DNA of 64,000 nt. Source: an uncultured Spirochaetota bacterium. GTDB lineage: Bacteria; Spirochaetota; Spirochaetia; SZUA-6; CAVTHK01. A program made the position numbers and the translations under genes. This document shows positions 45,776-55,461 of the stretch, in pieces. The first letter of the stretch is position 1; each line of letters opens with the position of its first letter. A model generated the notes under the pieces. The model ran no database searches and was not told the origin of the DNA. It was given only the letters and a program-made list of their open reading frames with translations. The stretch is taken from positions 480,001 through 544,000 of the forward strand of contig CAVTHK010000013.1 in NCBI GenBank assembly GCA_963734495.1. Direction: 5' to 3'.

Positions 45776-45831
45776 GAAACGCTTCGTGCAACGGCCCCCG
45801 GAACGTTCGCGAAACGGCCCCCCGATAGGCT
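45776..45831 (+). promoter_or_regulatory. SARP-type repeat promoter 1 (GNAT)
   Basis: ACG cores at 45779/45791/45803/45814, 8 nt after the last heptamer, TAGGCT at 45826. Confidence 0.72.
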
Positions 45832-45852
45832 GGATCACGTCGGAGGCAGGCC

Positions 45853-46422
45853 GTGATCAAGGGCACCAAGGTTCATCTGCGGCTGATAGAGGAAGGCGAC
45901 CTCGAGGTCCTGCATCGATTCCTGTGCGACGTCGGGAACCGGGGGCCGTATTTCCCCGGCACGATCCGCTCCCTGACCGAGCTCCGCGCGCGTTTCCTCC
46001 AGGACGGGTTCTGGTCCCCGAGGGAGGGGACCATGGTCATTGTCGACCAGGGCGGGCGCGTCGTCGGGTGGATCCTCTTCTTCATGCCTCATTCGGAGAA
46101 CGACGCCTACGAGGCAGCCTACGTCATCTTCGACGAGCAGAGCAGGAACAAAGGCTACGCTACCGAGGCGCTGTCGCTCTTCGTCCGGTTCCTGTTCCGG
46201 ACCACGGCCGCGCACAGGATCGAGCTGAACATCGCCACCGACAACGTCCCGTCGAGGCGGGTGGCCGAGAAGTGCGGCTTCGTGTGCGAGGGCGTCTCGC
46301 GGGAGGTGTGGTTCTCCAGCGCCCTCGGAAGGCGGCTCGACGGCGCACGGTACGCAATCCTCAGGAACGAAGTGGACTACTCATCCTGGGCCCTCCCGGG
46401 GCAGGGCGGTAGCGGCAGCTGA
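45853..46422 (+). CDS. GNAT (RimJ/RimL-like) N-acetyltransferase
   Basis: RNKGYATEAL, NVPSRRVAEKCGFVCEG; GGAGG RBS. Confidence 0.88.
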   Translation: MIKGTKVHLRLIEEGDLEVLHRFLCDVGNRGPYFPGTIRSLTELRARFLQDGFWSPREGTMVIVDQGGRVVGWILFFMPHSENDAYEAAYVIFDEQSRNKGYATEALSLFVRFLFRTTAAHRIELNIATDNVPSRRVAEKCGFVCEGVSREVWFSSALGRRLDGARYAILRNEVDYSSWALPGQGGSGS

Positions 46423-46573
46423 GCGAACCCGCGCGCGTCCCGGGCAGCGGAGGCAACCCTCGTTTGACTCCCCAATGGACAATGGGCCTGCCACGACGTC
46501 TACCACATCGTGCAGATCAGGAACATGGGGTTGAGTAACCTGCCTCAGTGAGGCGTTCGGGCCGCGGCCCGGG

Positions 46574-47737
46574 CTAATTCCCGTCGCCCGCCATCCTCGA
46601 GATACAGGCTCGATAATGCAGGTAGTTGGCCCAGCTCACGTCGGGCGGCACCTGGTGGTCCACCATCGGCACGTAGCCGCCGCGCTCGAGCATGGCCGGC
46701 ACCTGGCGCGCGAGCTCCGCGTCGATCGCATCGCGGCCCCGCGCGAGGGCCTTCTTGTCTATCCCTCCCAGAATCTGCAGGCGGGGGAAATCACGGCGGA
46801 TCTGCACCACGTCCATCCCCGCCTGGGCCTCGAAGGGGTAGAGCCCGGTGACGCCGCCTTCCATCATCGGGCGGATCAGCTTGCGGCAATCGCCGTCCGT
46901 GTCCACGAGCACGACCTTGACGCCGTGACTGCGCGCGACCTCGGTGACGCGGCGGTAGGCGGGCAGGAGGAACTCACGGAACATCTCGGGGCTGATCAGC
47001 GGCCCGTTCTTGTACGACATGTCCTCCCAGATGTGGACGCAGTCGACCTTGACCCGGGACAGCACCCGGTCGTACAGCGCGACCCAGAGCGCGCCGAGCC
47101 GGTCGATGAGCGCGCGCACCAGCTCGGGCCTCTCGATGAACGCGACCATGAGCTCGACCTCGCCCATGAGAAAGCGCGGGGCGCCGAAGAACCCGCAGGG
47201 GTAGCCGCCAAAGGCCACGACCCCGTCGTAGGCGTTGAGCTCGGCGACCGCCGATTCCCAGTCGGGAGGGAAGCGGCCGGGCGCGTCGGGATCGAGCCGC
47301 TCGGCCGCGACGCGCTCGAGGTCCTCCATCGTCGAGACGGGCCACGACAGGTAGTGCGGGATGCTGTTGCGCGCCCTGGGCATGAGCTTCACGATGCCGG
47401 TGTCGTCGCGGATCACCACCTGGTCGCCGCGGTCCTCGAGGATCTTCTCCTCGAAGGGCGGCCAGAGGTAGAGCTGCACCGGGACGCGGAGCGTCGGCTT
47501 GTCCAGGCCGGACGCCTCGAGCGCGTCCAGGCAGAAGCGGTCGCCCGGCGCGATCGGCGTGGCGGGCCCGCGCACCGTATCGCCCCACGCGGGGTCGCCC
47601 TGGACGCCGTGGCGGCGCGGCATGCCTTCGGAGTACCAGCGCTCGATCGTGCCGCCCCAGAAGCCCTGCTCCCAGAACGGCACCCGGTCCGCCGGCTCGA
47701 AGCCCATCGCCGCATGAAAGCGCTCCTTGTCGGTCAT
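46574..47737 (-). CDS. Uroporphyrinogen decarboxylase-like (MtaA/CmuA) protein
   Basis: DRVPFWE, WEDMSYKNGPLISP, DTDGD, GGIDK, GGYVPMVDHQVPPDVS. Confidence 0.88.
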   Translation of the reverse strand: MTDKERFHAAMGFEPADRVPFWEQGFWGGTIERWYSEGMPRRHGVQGDPAWGDTVRGPATPIAPGDRFCLDALEASGLDKPTLRVPVQLYLWPPFEEKILEDRGDQVVIRDDTGIVKLMPRARNSIPHYLSWPVSTMEDLERVAAERLDPDAPGRFPPDWESAVAELNAYDGVVAFGGYPCGFFGAPRFLMGEVELMVAFIERPELVRALIDRLGALWVALYDRVLSRVKVDCVHIWEDMSYKNGPLISPEMFREFLLPAYRRVTEVARSHGVKVVLVDTDGDCRKLIRPMMEGGVTGLYPFEAQAGMDVVQIRRDFPRLQILGGIDKKALARGRDAIDAELARQVPAMLERGGYVPMVDHQVPPDVSWANYLHYRACISRMAGDGN

Positions 47738-47927
47738 CGACGCCCCTTTCGCTGGTCCACGGGGCGATCTTGGCACGGCGGAGCGGGCCTCGGCAACACT
47801 GCGCGCGTTGACGTGGGGAACAGCTGAGGGTGCCTCCTCATTCAGAAAAACCGGAAATTCCGTCCCTTGCATTCGGGTTTTCCGGAGGAACTGATGGCGG
47901 TGAGCCCTCACCCCCGGAAACAGGGGC

Positions 47928-50900
47928 TCAGGTGGGCTTCGGATGCGGCGCCCGGCCGCCTGAGGGGCGCCGCCGCGGCGACGCCGACGGGGAGCGACGC
48001 CGCGACGGCGCGGCGGCGCCTTCAGCGAGTGCGACGTCGACGGCCTCCTCGTACGACGTCTCGAGCCCGCGGTGCCACGCGTCGTCAGCCTGGTACTGCG
48101 CGAACGCCTCTTTCTCGTCCGGGTCGCAGTCGCTGCGCGTGCTCACGTCGCCGCCCACCGCGGCGTCGCGCAGCGCCTTGAAAGCGCCGAGCAGTCTCGC
48201 CGCGATCGCGTGCCTCCCCAGGGCGCGGGCGACCATGCCCAGCCTCCCGAGGACGTGGACCGCGCCGCCGCGGTCGCCGAGTCTCACGAAGAGCGAGAGG
48301 CTTTCGCGCAAGTGAGCCGCCCCGCGCTTCGTCTCGCCTCCCAGGAAGAGGGCGCGGCCCAGCCCTTCGAACGTCCACGCAGTCATCCACCGGTCGCCGA
48401 GCTCCTGGAACGCCCGCAGCGCGCCCTCGTAGCGCGAGCAGGCCTCGGCGTGCTCGCCCGCCTCGCGCAGGAAGTCGCCGAGGCTATTGAGAGCATGCGC
48501 GGTACCCCAGAGGTCGCCGCACCGCTGCGAGATGCGCACCGCCTCCTCGAGCCCCTCCCGCGGGCTGCGGCCGACCGGCCTGCCGCCCGTGGTGCCGTAG
48601 GCCCAGATGAGCGAGGTCGCCAGGCGCGCCGGGCCGCCGATCTCGCGGGCGATGGCCACCGCCTCCTCGCAGAGCCGCGTGCCCTCGTCGTCGCTGCCGA
48701 GCCACCGCTCCGCCACGCCGAGGTCCGCGAGCAGCGCGGCCTCCACGCCGCGCGCGCCGAGCCTGCGCGCGAGCGCCAGGCCCTCGGCGTAGAGCGCGTG
48801 GGCCCGTGCCCAGTCGCCCTGAACAAAGACCAGCCAGCCCAGCGCGTCCAGCGCGCGGGCGCGCTCCTCGCCGAGCGAAGCGCTCTGCGGCAGCGCCAGG
48901 GCCTCCTCGAGCCAGCGCGCGCCCAGTTCGAAGTCGCCGCGCCTGTGGTGGAACCAGCGCAGCGCCACGGCCAGGCGCAGGGCTTCGGTCGCCTTCCCGC
49001 GGCGGAGGAGCCAGGACATCGCCCGGCCGCAGTTGTGCTCTTCCTGCACGAGGCGGGCGACCCAGCGCATCTGCTCGGGGCCGTGGAGCTGCGGCTCGGC
49101 CTGCTCGACGAGGCTCAGGAAGAAGGCGGCGTGCCGGGCGCCGGCCGTCTCCGCCTCGCCGCCCGCCTCCAGGCGCTCGCGGGCGTACTCGAGGATCGTC
49201 TCGAGCATCCGCAACCGCGTCTCGCCGCCGGATTCGTCGCGGTGCAACAGGCTGTGGTCCGCGAGCGAGGAGAGCCCAGCGAGAACGTCGGCGTCCTCGG
49301 GGCCGCCGCGGCAGACCCGCTCGGCCGCGTCGACCGAGGCGCCGCCCGCGAACACGGCAAACCGCGCGAACAGCTTCTTCTCACCGTCGTCGAGCAGGTC
49401 GTAGCTCCAGTCCAGCGTGCGGCGCAGCGTTTGCTGCCGCGCGGGCGCGCCGGGCAGCGGCCCGGCGGCGAGGTCCAGGCAGTCGGCGAGCCTTCGGGCG
49501 AGGTCCTGCGGCGTGAGGAGCCGCAGCCTCGGGGCCGCCAGCTCGATCGCCAGCGGAAGCCCGTCGAGCCGCGCGCAGATCTCGCCCAGGGCGGCCGCAT
49601 TCTCCGCGGTCACGACAAAGTCCGGCCGCGCCGTGGCAGCGCGCTCGGCGAGCAGGCGCACGCTCTCGCAGCGGGTGACCTGCAGGGCGTCCGCCCCGGC
49701 GGCCGCCTGCTCCACGGAGAGCGGCGGCACCGGGAACTCCTTCGCGGCCGCAAGATGGAGGGACCGGCGGCTCGTGACGATCGCCCTCGCGTGAAGCGCA
49801 GAGGCGAGCAGCTGCTCGACCTGCGCGCTCGCGGCCGCCACGTGCTCGAAGTTGTCGAGGAGCAGCAGGACCCTGCGCCGCCTCAGGTGATCCGCGAGCA
49901 TGGCGTCCACCGGCCGCGCCGCGCCGACAGGCCGGCGGACCCCGAGGGCCGCGGCGATGGCCGGCACGACTTCGGCCGGCTCGCGGAGGGGAGCCAGATC
50001 AATGAAGAAGGTACCCTCGCCGAATCTTCCCGCCGCCTCCCTGGCGGCCTCGACCGCGAGGCGCGTCTTGCCGGTGCCTCCGGGGCCCGTGAGCGTGAGG
50101 ATCCGGGTGTCGCCGAGGGCGAGCAGCTCGCGCAGGTGCGCCAGCTCCTTCTCGCGGCCGACGAGCTGCGTCGCCGGCTCGGGCAGGTTGTTCGGCGGCG
50201 GCGGCGCGGCCGGGACGGGCGGCGTCGAGCGCGGCGAGGCGCGTGCCGGGGCGCGCGAGGGGACGCCTCGCGCGGGGGCCGCGCTCTGCAGGCCGGCGGC
50301 GAGCTCCGCGCCATGGGCGCCGCGGATCGCGTCGGCGAGGCGCTCCGTCTCGGCCGACGGCTCCTCGTTCAGCTCGCGCGCCAGGATCGATCGACACTGC
50401 TCGTACTGCCTGAGCGCCGCCGCCCGCCGCCCCGCCCTGCCGTAGAGCCGCATGAGGCTGCAGTGCACGCGCTCGTCGAGCGGGTCGAGGGCCAGCCAGC
50501 GGCGGGCATTCTCGATGGCGCGATCGAGCTGCCCCGAGCTGCCGCAGGCGTCGACGAGCCGCGCGAGGACCTCTCCGTATTCGCGGCGGAGGCGCTCCTG
50601 CTCGAAGAACTGCCACTCTTCGAAGGGCGGGCTGTCCCTGAGGCGGAACTCCGAGAGAAAGTCGCCCCGGTACAGATCGGCGGCCCGGGCGAGCGCCTCG
50701 CCTGCGTGCGACGCCGCGTCCGGCGCTTGGCCGTCGCAGCGGGCCAGCCGCCGGAACTCGTGCACGTCAACCAGGAGCCCGCGCCGCGGGCTGAGCGCCA
50801 CGTCGGCGCGATCCGCGTTGAGCCACTCGTCGCCGACGAGGCCCTTGAGGAACGACAGCGTCTGGCGGAAGTCCGCCCGGGCGCGCTCCGCGGGCTGCTC

Positions 50901-51059
50901 GGGGAACAGCAGCGCCGTGAGCGCCTCCCGGCCGTGGGGCCGGGCCGTGACGGCGAGGTAGGCGAGGAGAGCCGCGACCTTCCGCCTCTGCAGGCGCAGC
51001 GGCGCGCCCTTCAGCTCGAAGCGCGGTGGTCCGAGGACGAGCACCGAGAGAGCCGGCAC
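47928..51059 (-). CDS. AfsR/SARP-like regulator (wHTH-BTAD, NB-ARC-like ATPase, TPR), copy 1
   Basis: RKVAALLAYLAV, YRGDFL, LDPLDE (BTAD); GPGGTGKTRLA, LLDNFEH, LDGLPLAIELAA; TPR-like C-terminus. Confidence 0.92.
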   Translation of the reverse strand: MPALSVLVLGPPRFELKGAPLRLQRRKVAALLAYLAVTARPHGREALTALLFPEQPAERARADFRQTLSFLKGLVGDEWLNADRADVALSPRRGLLVDVHEFRRLARCDGQAPDAASHAGEALARAADLYRGDFLSEFRLRDSPPFEEWQFFEQERLRREYGEVLARLVDACGSSGQLDRAIENARRWLALDPLDERVHCSLMRLYGRAGRRAAALRQYEQCRSILARELNEEPSAETERLADAIRGAHGAELAAGLQSAAPARGVPSRAPARASPRSTPPVPAAPPPPNNLPEPATQLVGREKELAHLRELLALGDTRILTLTGPGGTGKTRLAVEAAREAAGRFGEGTFFIDLAPLREPAEVVPAIAAALGVRRPVGAARPVDAMLADHLRRRRVLLLLDNFEHVAAASAQVEQLLASALHARAIVTSRRSLHLAAAKEFPVPPLSVEQAAAGADALQVTRCESVRLLAERAATARPDFVVTAENAAALGEICARLDGLPLAIELAAPRLRLLTPQDLARRLADCLDLAAGPLPGAPARQQTLRRTLDWSYDLLDDGEKKLFARFAVFAGGASVDAAERVCRGGPEDADVLAGLSSLADHSLLHRDESGGETRLRMLETILEYARERLEAGGEAETAGARHAAFFLSLVEQAEPQLHGPEQMRWVARLVQEEHNCGRAMSWLLRRGKATEALRLAVALRWFHHRRGDFELGARWLEEALALPQSASLGEERARALDALGWLVFVQGDWARAHALYAEGLALARRLGARGVEAALLADLGVAERWLGSDDEGTRLCEEAVAIAREIGGPARLATSLIWAYGTTGGRPVGRSPREGLEEAVRISQRCGDLWGTAHALNSLGDFLREAGEHAEACSRYEGALRAFQELGDRWMTAWTFEGLGRALFLGGETKRGAAHLRESLSLFVRLGDRGGAVHVLGRLGMVARALGRHAIAARLLGAFKALRDAAVGGDVSTRSDCDPDEKEAFAQYQADDAWHRGLETSYEEAVDVALAEGAAAPSRRRSPSASPRRRPSGGRAPHPKPT

Positions 51060-51195
51060 TTCTTGTCCCGAAGGCCGCGGCAGCGGCCTCGCCCCGTCGC
51101 GGCTGGCGACCGGGGGGTCGCGAGCGGCGGCGCCGCAGCCTTCTTCATTTACTCTATCCGACTTTCCCTCCGCGAAAAAGCGCAAAAACAGCTTT

Positions 51196-51251
51196 GTAAC
51201 GCTGCGTGGAACGCCCGGAGGGACGATCCCGTCACGGTCGTCGCGTAGGCT
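51196..51251 (+). promoter_or_regulatory. SARP-type repeat promoter 2 (NTF2-like pair)
   Basis: ACG cores at 51199/51211/51223/51234, 8 nt, TAGGCT at 51246. Confidence 0.7.
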
Positions 51252-51281
51252 GGGGCAAAGTCAGAGGACGAGGAGGAAGCA

Positions 51282-51761
51282 ATGAGAAGGCTCGTGCTCG
51301 TGTTGGGGCTCGCCACCGCGGCAGGGCTGCTGCTGTGCGGCTGCGCGACAGTCAAGGCGGCGGACGCGGATGGTTTCAGGGCGGCAGCCGAGGAAATCTA
51401 CGCGAAGTACGCGGGCTCGGTGACTTCCGGCGACCAGGACCGCTGGCTCACCAACTGGGACGAGAACGGCATCCAGATGAGGCCGGACGGGCAGTCGGTC
51501 GTCGGCAAGAAGGCCATCGAGGAGCGCGTCCGCAGCCGGTGGCCGACGATGACGATGGCCATGACGATCAAGGTCGAAGAGGCGACGGCAGCAGGTGACT
51601 GGGGATATGCGAAGGGGACCTACGTACAGACGATCATGCCCAAGGCGGGAGGGCCGGTGACCAACGTGGACGGCAAGTGGCTCGACATCCTCAAGCGCCA
51701 GCCTGACGGCACCTGGAAGCTGTACATAGACTGCTTCAATTCGAACGTGCCGCCGAAATAG
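51282..51761 (+). CDS. NTF2/SnoaL-like (DUF4440) lipoprotein
   Basis: Lipobox-like LLCGC; GDWGYAKGTY, GKWLDILKRQPDGTWK; strong RBS. Confidence 0.85.
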   Translation: MRRLVLVLGLATAAGLLLCGCATVKAADADGFRAAAEEIYAKYAGSVTSGDQDRWLTNWDENGIQMRPDGQSVVGKKAIEERVRSRWPTMTMAMTIKVEEATAAGDWGYAKGTYVQTIMPKAGGPVTNVDGKWLDILKRQPDGTWKLYIDCFNSNVPPK

Positions 51762-51777
51762 GCGGGGGAGGAAGGAA

Positions 51778-52245
51778 ATGAAGAGGAGCGTCGTGCTTGT
51801 GTCTCTGCTTGCGTTTACGCTGATCGCGGCCGCGGCGGCGACGGCTCAGACGCGGATGATCGGACCCAGGGCGGACTGCGATGCGATCGCGAAGATCATG
51901 GAGGACTATGCGCTCGCCGGCACCCGCAGCGACCCGGAGCTGCGCCTTTCGCTCTGGGATCGCGAGGGGATCGCGTACAAGGGGGACCTGAGCGTGTTCG
52001 ACATGGCGGGGGTGGAGAAGAGGGTCCGCGCCGGCTTCGCAGCCACCACCATGAACATGTGGATCAAGATCGAGGAGATCTTCGTGTCCGGCGACCTCGC
52101 CTACGCGCTCGGGCCGTACGGGAGCAGGCAGGGGCCCAAGGCCGGCGGCCCCATGATCGTCGTCGACGGCAGGTACCTGACGGTCCTCAGGCGGCAGCCC
52201 GACGGGTCCTGGAAGATCTACCGCGACTTTTCGGCCACCAAGTAG
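51778..52245 (+). CDS. NTF2/SnoaL-like (DUF4440) exported protein
   Basis: Signal peptide; GDLAYALGPY, GRYLTVLRRQPDGSWKI; paralogue of the upstream gene. Confidence 0.85.
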   Translation: MKRSVVLVSLLAFTLIAAAAATAQTRMIGPRADCDAIAKIMEDYALAGTRSDPELRLSLWDREGIAYKGDLSVFDMAGVEKRVRAGFAATTMNMWIKIEEIFVSGDLAYALGPYGSRQGPKAGGPMIVVDGRYLTVLRRQPDGSWKIYRDFSATK

Positions 52246-52266
52246 GAAAGCCCGGCACGCCGGGCA

Positions 52267-55200
52267 TCAGCGGGCGCGGGGCGGCCCGGCAGCAGGGCGG
52301 GGCCGCCTCGCTCCGCCGCCGGCGCCGCCGCGCAGGGCGTAGGCGATCGCGTTGTCGAGCGTCATCGTGAGCCCGCGGGCCCACTCGGCGGCGAAGCGGG
52401 CCCGGTAGCGGGCGGAGGCGGCCGCCGTCACGGCTCCGCCTCGGCGCGCGGCCTCGGGGCCGAGCGCCGCTTCGCCGAGGGCCGACGACGCCGCCATCAG
52501 GCGCGCGGCGCGCGCGTCGCGGCCGGCCCCGCGCGCGGCGAGCGCGAGCCGGCCGACCATGTAGACCGAGCTTGCCCGGTCGCCGAGGAGCGAGAAGAGG
52601 GAGAGCGCCTCCTTCATGTTCGCCTCGGCGCGCCGGAAGTCGCGGCCCCGGAGCGCCGCGGACCCCAGCCCTTCGAGCGTCCAGGCGACCATCCACGGGT
52701 CCTCGACCTCGCGGAACCCCGCGAGCGCCGCCTCATAGACGGGGCGCGCACCCCGGTGATCGCCTGTCTCGCGCAGGAGATCGCCGAGCCCGTTGAGCGC
52801 ATGCGCCTCGCCCCACCTGAAGCCCGCCTCGCGCGAGATCCGCGCCGCCTCCTCGAGCTCGGCGCGCGGCGAGCGGCCTTCGAAGCGGCCTCCCGTGGTG
52901 GCGTACGCCGAGATGAGCGCGCGCGCGAGGCACACGGGATCGCCGACCTCCCGCGCGACCGCCACCGCCTGCTTGCCGTGCGCGGTGCCCGCGGTGCGCT
53001 CGCCGAGCCAGCGCTCGACGACTCCGAGGTAGGCCAGCGCCGACGCCTCGACGCTTCGCTGCGAGAGCTCGCGCGCCTCGGCGAGGCTCCGTTCGTAGAG
53101 GGCCCGCGCCCGGGTCCAGTCGCCCTGGACAAAGGCGATCCAGCCGAGAGCGTCGAGCGCCCGCGCGTGCGCGCGCGACGGAGCTGCCGGCTGCTCCAGC
53201 GACCGCTCGAGGATGCCGCGCCCTTCGCTGAACCGGCCGCCGCGATACCAGTACCACCTGAGCGCGGCCGCGAGTCTCAGCGCATCTTCTCCGCGCCCCG
53301 CTGCCAGGAACCGCTCCACCGCGGCCCGCAGGTTGGCGTTCTCGACCTCGAGGCGCGCGAGCCACACGGCATGCTCGGGCCCGTCCAGCCCCGCCTCGCC
53401 GGTCTCGGCCAGGCGCAGGTAGTACGCGGCGTGCCGGTCGGCGACGGCCGCCGCTTCGCCGCTTTCCCGCAGCCGCAGGCGGGCATATTCCCCGATCGTC
53501 TCGAGCATTCGCAGGCGGCTTTCGCCCGATGCCTCCTCGCGCCGAAGGAGGTTCTTCTCGGCGAGGGAGACGAGCCCCTCCAGGACGTCGGCGCCGCCCG
53601 CGTCGCCGCACACCTCTTCGGCGGCCCGCGGCGCGAAGCCGCCCGCGAACACGGCGAGACGGGCGAACAGCCGCTTCTCGCTCCCGTCGAGGAGGTCGTA
53701 GCTCCACTCGATGGCGCCGCGCAGCGTGCGCTGCCGCGCCGGCAGATCGGGGGGCCCCGCGCCGAGCAGCCGGAGGCGATCGGAAAGGCGGCTCGCCAGG
53801 TCCTGGGGCGAGAGGACCCGCAGCCGCGAAGCTGCCAGCTCGATCGCGAGGGGAAGGCCGTCGAGCCCGGCGCAGATCTCCTCCACCGCCGCCGCGTTGG
53901 AGTCGGTCAGCGTGAAGTCGGGCCTCGCCGTCACGGCCCGTTCCACCAGCAGCCGCACGGCCGCATAGCCGGCCAGGTGGTCCGCTGAGCGCGACGCCGC
54001 CGGATCGGGGACGCGCAGCGGGGGCACGGGGTACTCCCTCGCGTCCCGGATGTGCAGCGACTCGCGGCTGGTCACCAGCGCCTCGAGGCCGGGGCAGGCA
54101 GCCGCGAGCGCGGCGACCCGGCCGGCAGCCTCTGCCACGTGCTCGAAGTTGTCGAGCACCAGCAGCACCTTCCTGCGGCCGAGGGTCGCGGCCAGCAGGT
54201 CGAAGAGCGGCACGGCCTGGCCGCGCGATTCCCTCACGTCCAGCGTCGCGGCGATCGCGGGCACCACCTGGGCGGGCTCCTCGAGCGCGGACAGGTCGAC
54301 GAAGAAGACGCCGTCGGGAAACCGGCCGGCGAGGTCCTCGGCCGCCTTCACCGCCAGCGCCGTCTTGCCCGTGCCGCCGGGGCCGGTCAGCGTCAGCACG
54401 CGCCCGTCCCCGCGGCCGATGAGGTCGAGGACCTCCGCGAGCTCCTTCTCCCTGCCCACGAGAGCCGCGGGCCCCGCGGGAAGGGTGGCGGGGCGCGGCG
54501 ACGGCTCGCGCGCCGCCGCCGGCCGCGGCTCGCGCGCGGGCGCCGGCCCTCCGCCGGCCGCGCGACGCCGCTGGATCGCCTCGCGCAGCGCCTCGGTCCG
54601 CTCGTCAGGCTGCTCGCCGAGCTCCTTCGCGAGGACCGCGCGGCACACCTCGTACTGCCGAAGCGCCGCCGCTCTCTGTCCCGTGCCGCAGTAGAGGCGC
54701 ATCAGGAGCCGGTGGGCCGCTTCGTCGATCGGGTCGAGGGCGAGCGCGCTGCGCGCGTACTCGACGGCGGCCTCAGGCCTCCCGCTCCCCTCCTGCAGGC
54801 GGACGAGCCGCTCGAGCACTGACGCGTACCGCTTGCGCAGCGTCTCCCGTTCGAAGAGCTGCCAGTCCTCGAAGGCCGGGCTGTCCCTGAGGAAGAAGCC
54901 TGAAAGAAGGTCACCGCGGTACAGCCGTGCCGCCTCCGTGAGCGCGGGCTCGTCGCCCGCGGCCAGCGTGCGGAAGCGCCGCACGTCGACGGCGAGCCCG
55001 CGCCGGTCCGGCAGGGCCACACCGCCGCGGTCGATCTCGAGCCAGCCCTCGCCGATGGCGCGCAGCAGGAACGACAGCGTGTGGCGGAAGTCCGCGCCGG
55101 AACGCTCGCGCCCCAGCCCGGGGTAGAGCAGCTCCGCCAGCGCGTCGCGGTCGCGGGGCTCGCCGGTCACGGCGAGGTATGCGAGCAGCGCGAGCACCTT

Positions 55201-55278
55201 GCGCCTCGGCATGCGGATCGAGGCGCCGTCCCGCTCGAACCTCGGCGGCCCGAGCAGCTGCAGCGAGAGCGTGGCCAC
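52267..55278 (-). CDS. AfsR/SARP-like regulator (wHTH-BTAD, NB-ARC-like ATPase, TPR), copy 2
   Basis: Same motif set as copy 1 (GPGGTGKT, LDNFEH, GLPLAIELAA). Confidence 0.92.
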   Translation of the reverse strand: MATLSLQLLGPPRFERDGASIRMPRRKVLALLAYLAVTGEPRDRDALAELLYPGLGRERSGADFRHTLSFLLRAIGEGWLEIDRGGVALPDRRGLAVDVRRFRTLAAGDEPALTEAARLYRGDLLSGFFLRDSPAFEDWQLFERETLRKRYASVLERLVRLQEGSGRPEAAVEYARSALALDPIDEAAHRLLMRLYCGTGQRAAALRQYEVCRAVLAKELGEQPDERTEALREAIQRRRAAGGGPAPAREPRPAAAREPSPRPATLPAGPAALVGREKELAEVLDLIGRGDGRVLTLTGPGGTGKTALAVKAAEDLAGRFPDGVFFVDLSALEEPAQVVPAIAATLDVRESRGQAVPLFDLLAATLGRRKVLLVLDNFEHVAEAAGRVAALAAACPGLEALVTSRESLHIRDAREYPVPPLRVPDPAASRSADHLAGYAAVRLLVERAVTARPDFTLTDSNAAAVEEICAGLDGLPLAIELAASRLRVLSPQDLASRLSDRLRLLGAGPPDLPARQRTLRGAIEWSYDLLDGSEKRLFARLAVFAGGFAPRAAEEVCGDAGGADVLEGLVSLAEKNLLRREEASGESRLRMLETIGEYARLRLRESGEAAAVADRHAAYYLRLAETGEAGLDGPEHAVWLARLEVENANLRAAVERFLAAGRGEDALRLAAALRWYWYRGGRFSEGRGILERSLEQPAAPSRAHARALDALGWIAFVQGDWTRARALYERSLAEARELSQRSVEASALAYLGVVERWLGERTAGTAHGKQAVAVAREVGDPVCLARALISAYATTGGRFEGRSPRAELEEAARISREAGFRWGEAHALNGLGDLLRETGDHRGARPVYEAALAGFREVEDPWMVAWTLEGLGSAALRGRDFRRAEANMKEALSLFSLLGDRASSVYMVGRLALAARGAGRDARAARLMAASSALGEAALGPEAARRGGAVTAAASARYRARFAAEWARGLTMTLDNAIAYALRGGAGGGARRPRPAAGPPRAR

Positions 55279-55331
55279 GCGGCTCGCCTCCGGGCCGCCG
55301 CGCGGGGCCGGGGTGCGCGGCGGCGGCCTTC

Positions 55332-55460
55332 AATATGATGCCCCTTCATTCTACGCGAAAACGCGGTGAAACGCATTCCGAAACGCGGCGGCAACGCCGG
55401 CGCAACGGCGGACGCCTATCCTTGGGTCGCCGGTGGGGACACCGGATGCGAGGAGGTGCA
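55332..55460. repeat. ~125-bp duplicated divergent promoter region, copy 1 (includes SARP-type promoter 3)
   Basis: Highly similar to 56159-56285; ACG cores at 55371/55383/55394/55405, 8 nt, TATCCT at 55417. Confidence 0.85.
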
Positions 55461-55461
55461 G

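Noticed and set aside
48072-51248. 1058-aa plus-strand ORF and similar long antisense ORFs
   Set aside because: Mirror frames of real genes, with no recognisable motifs.
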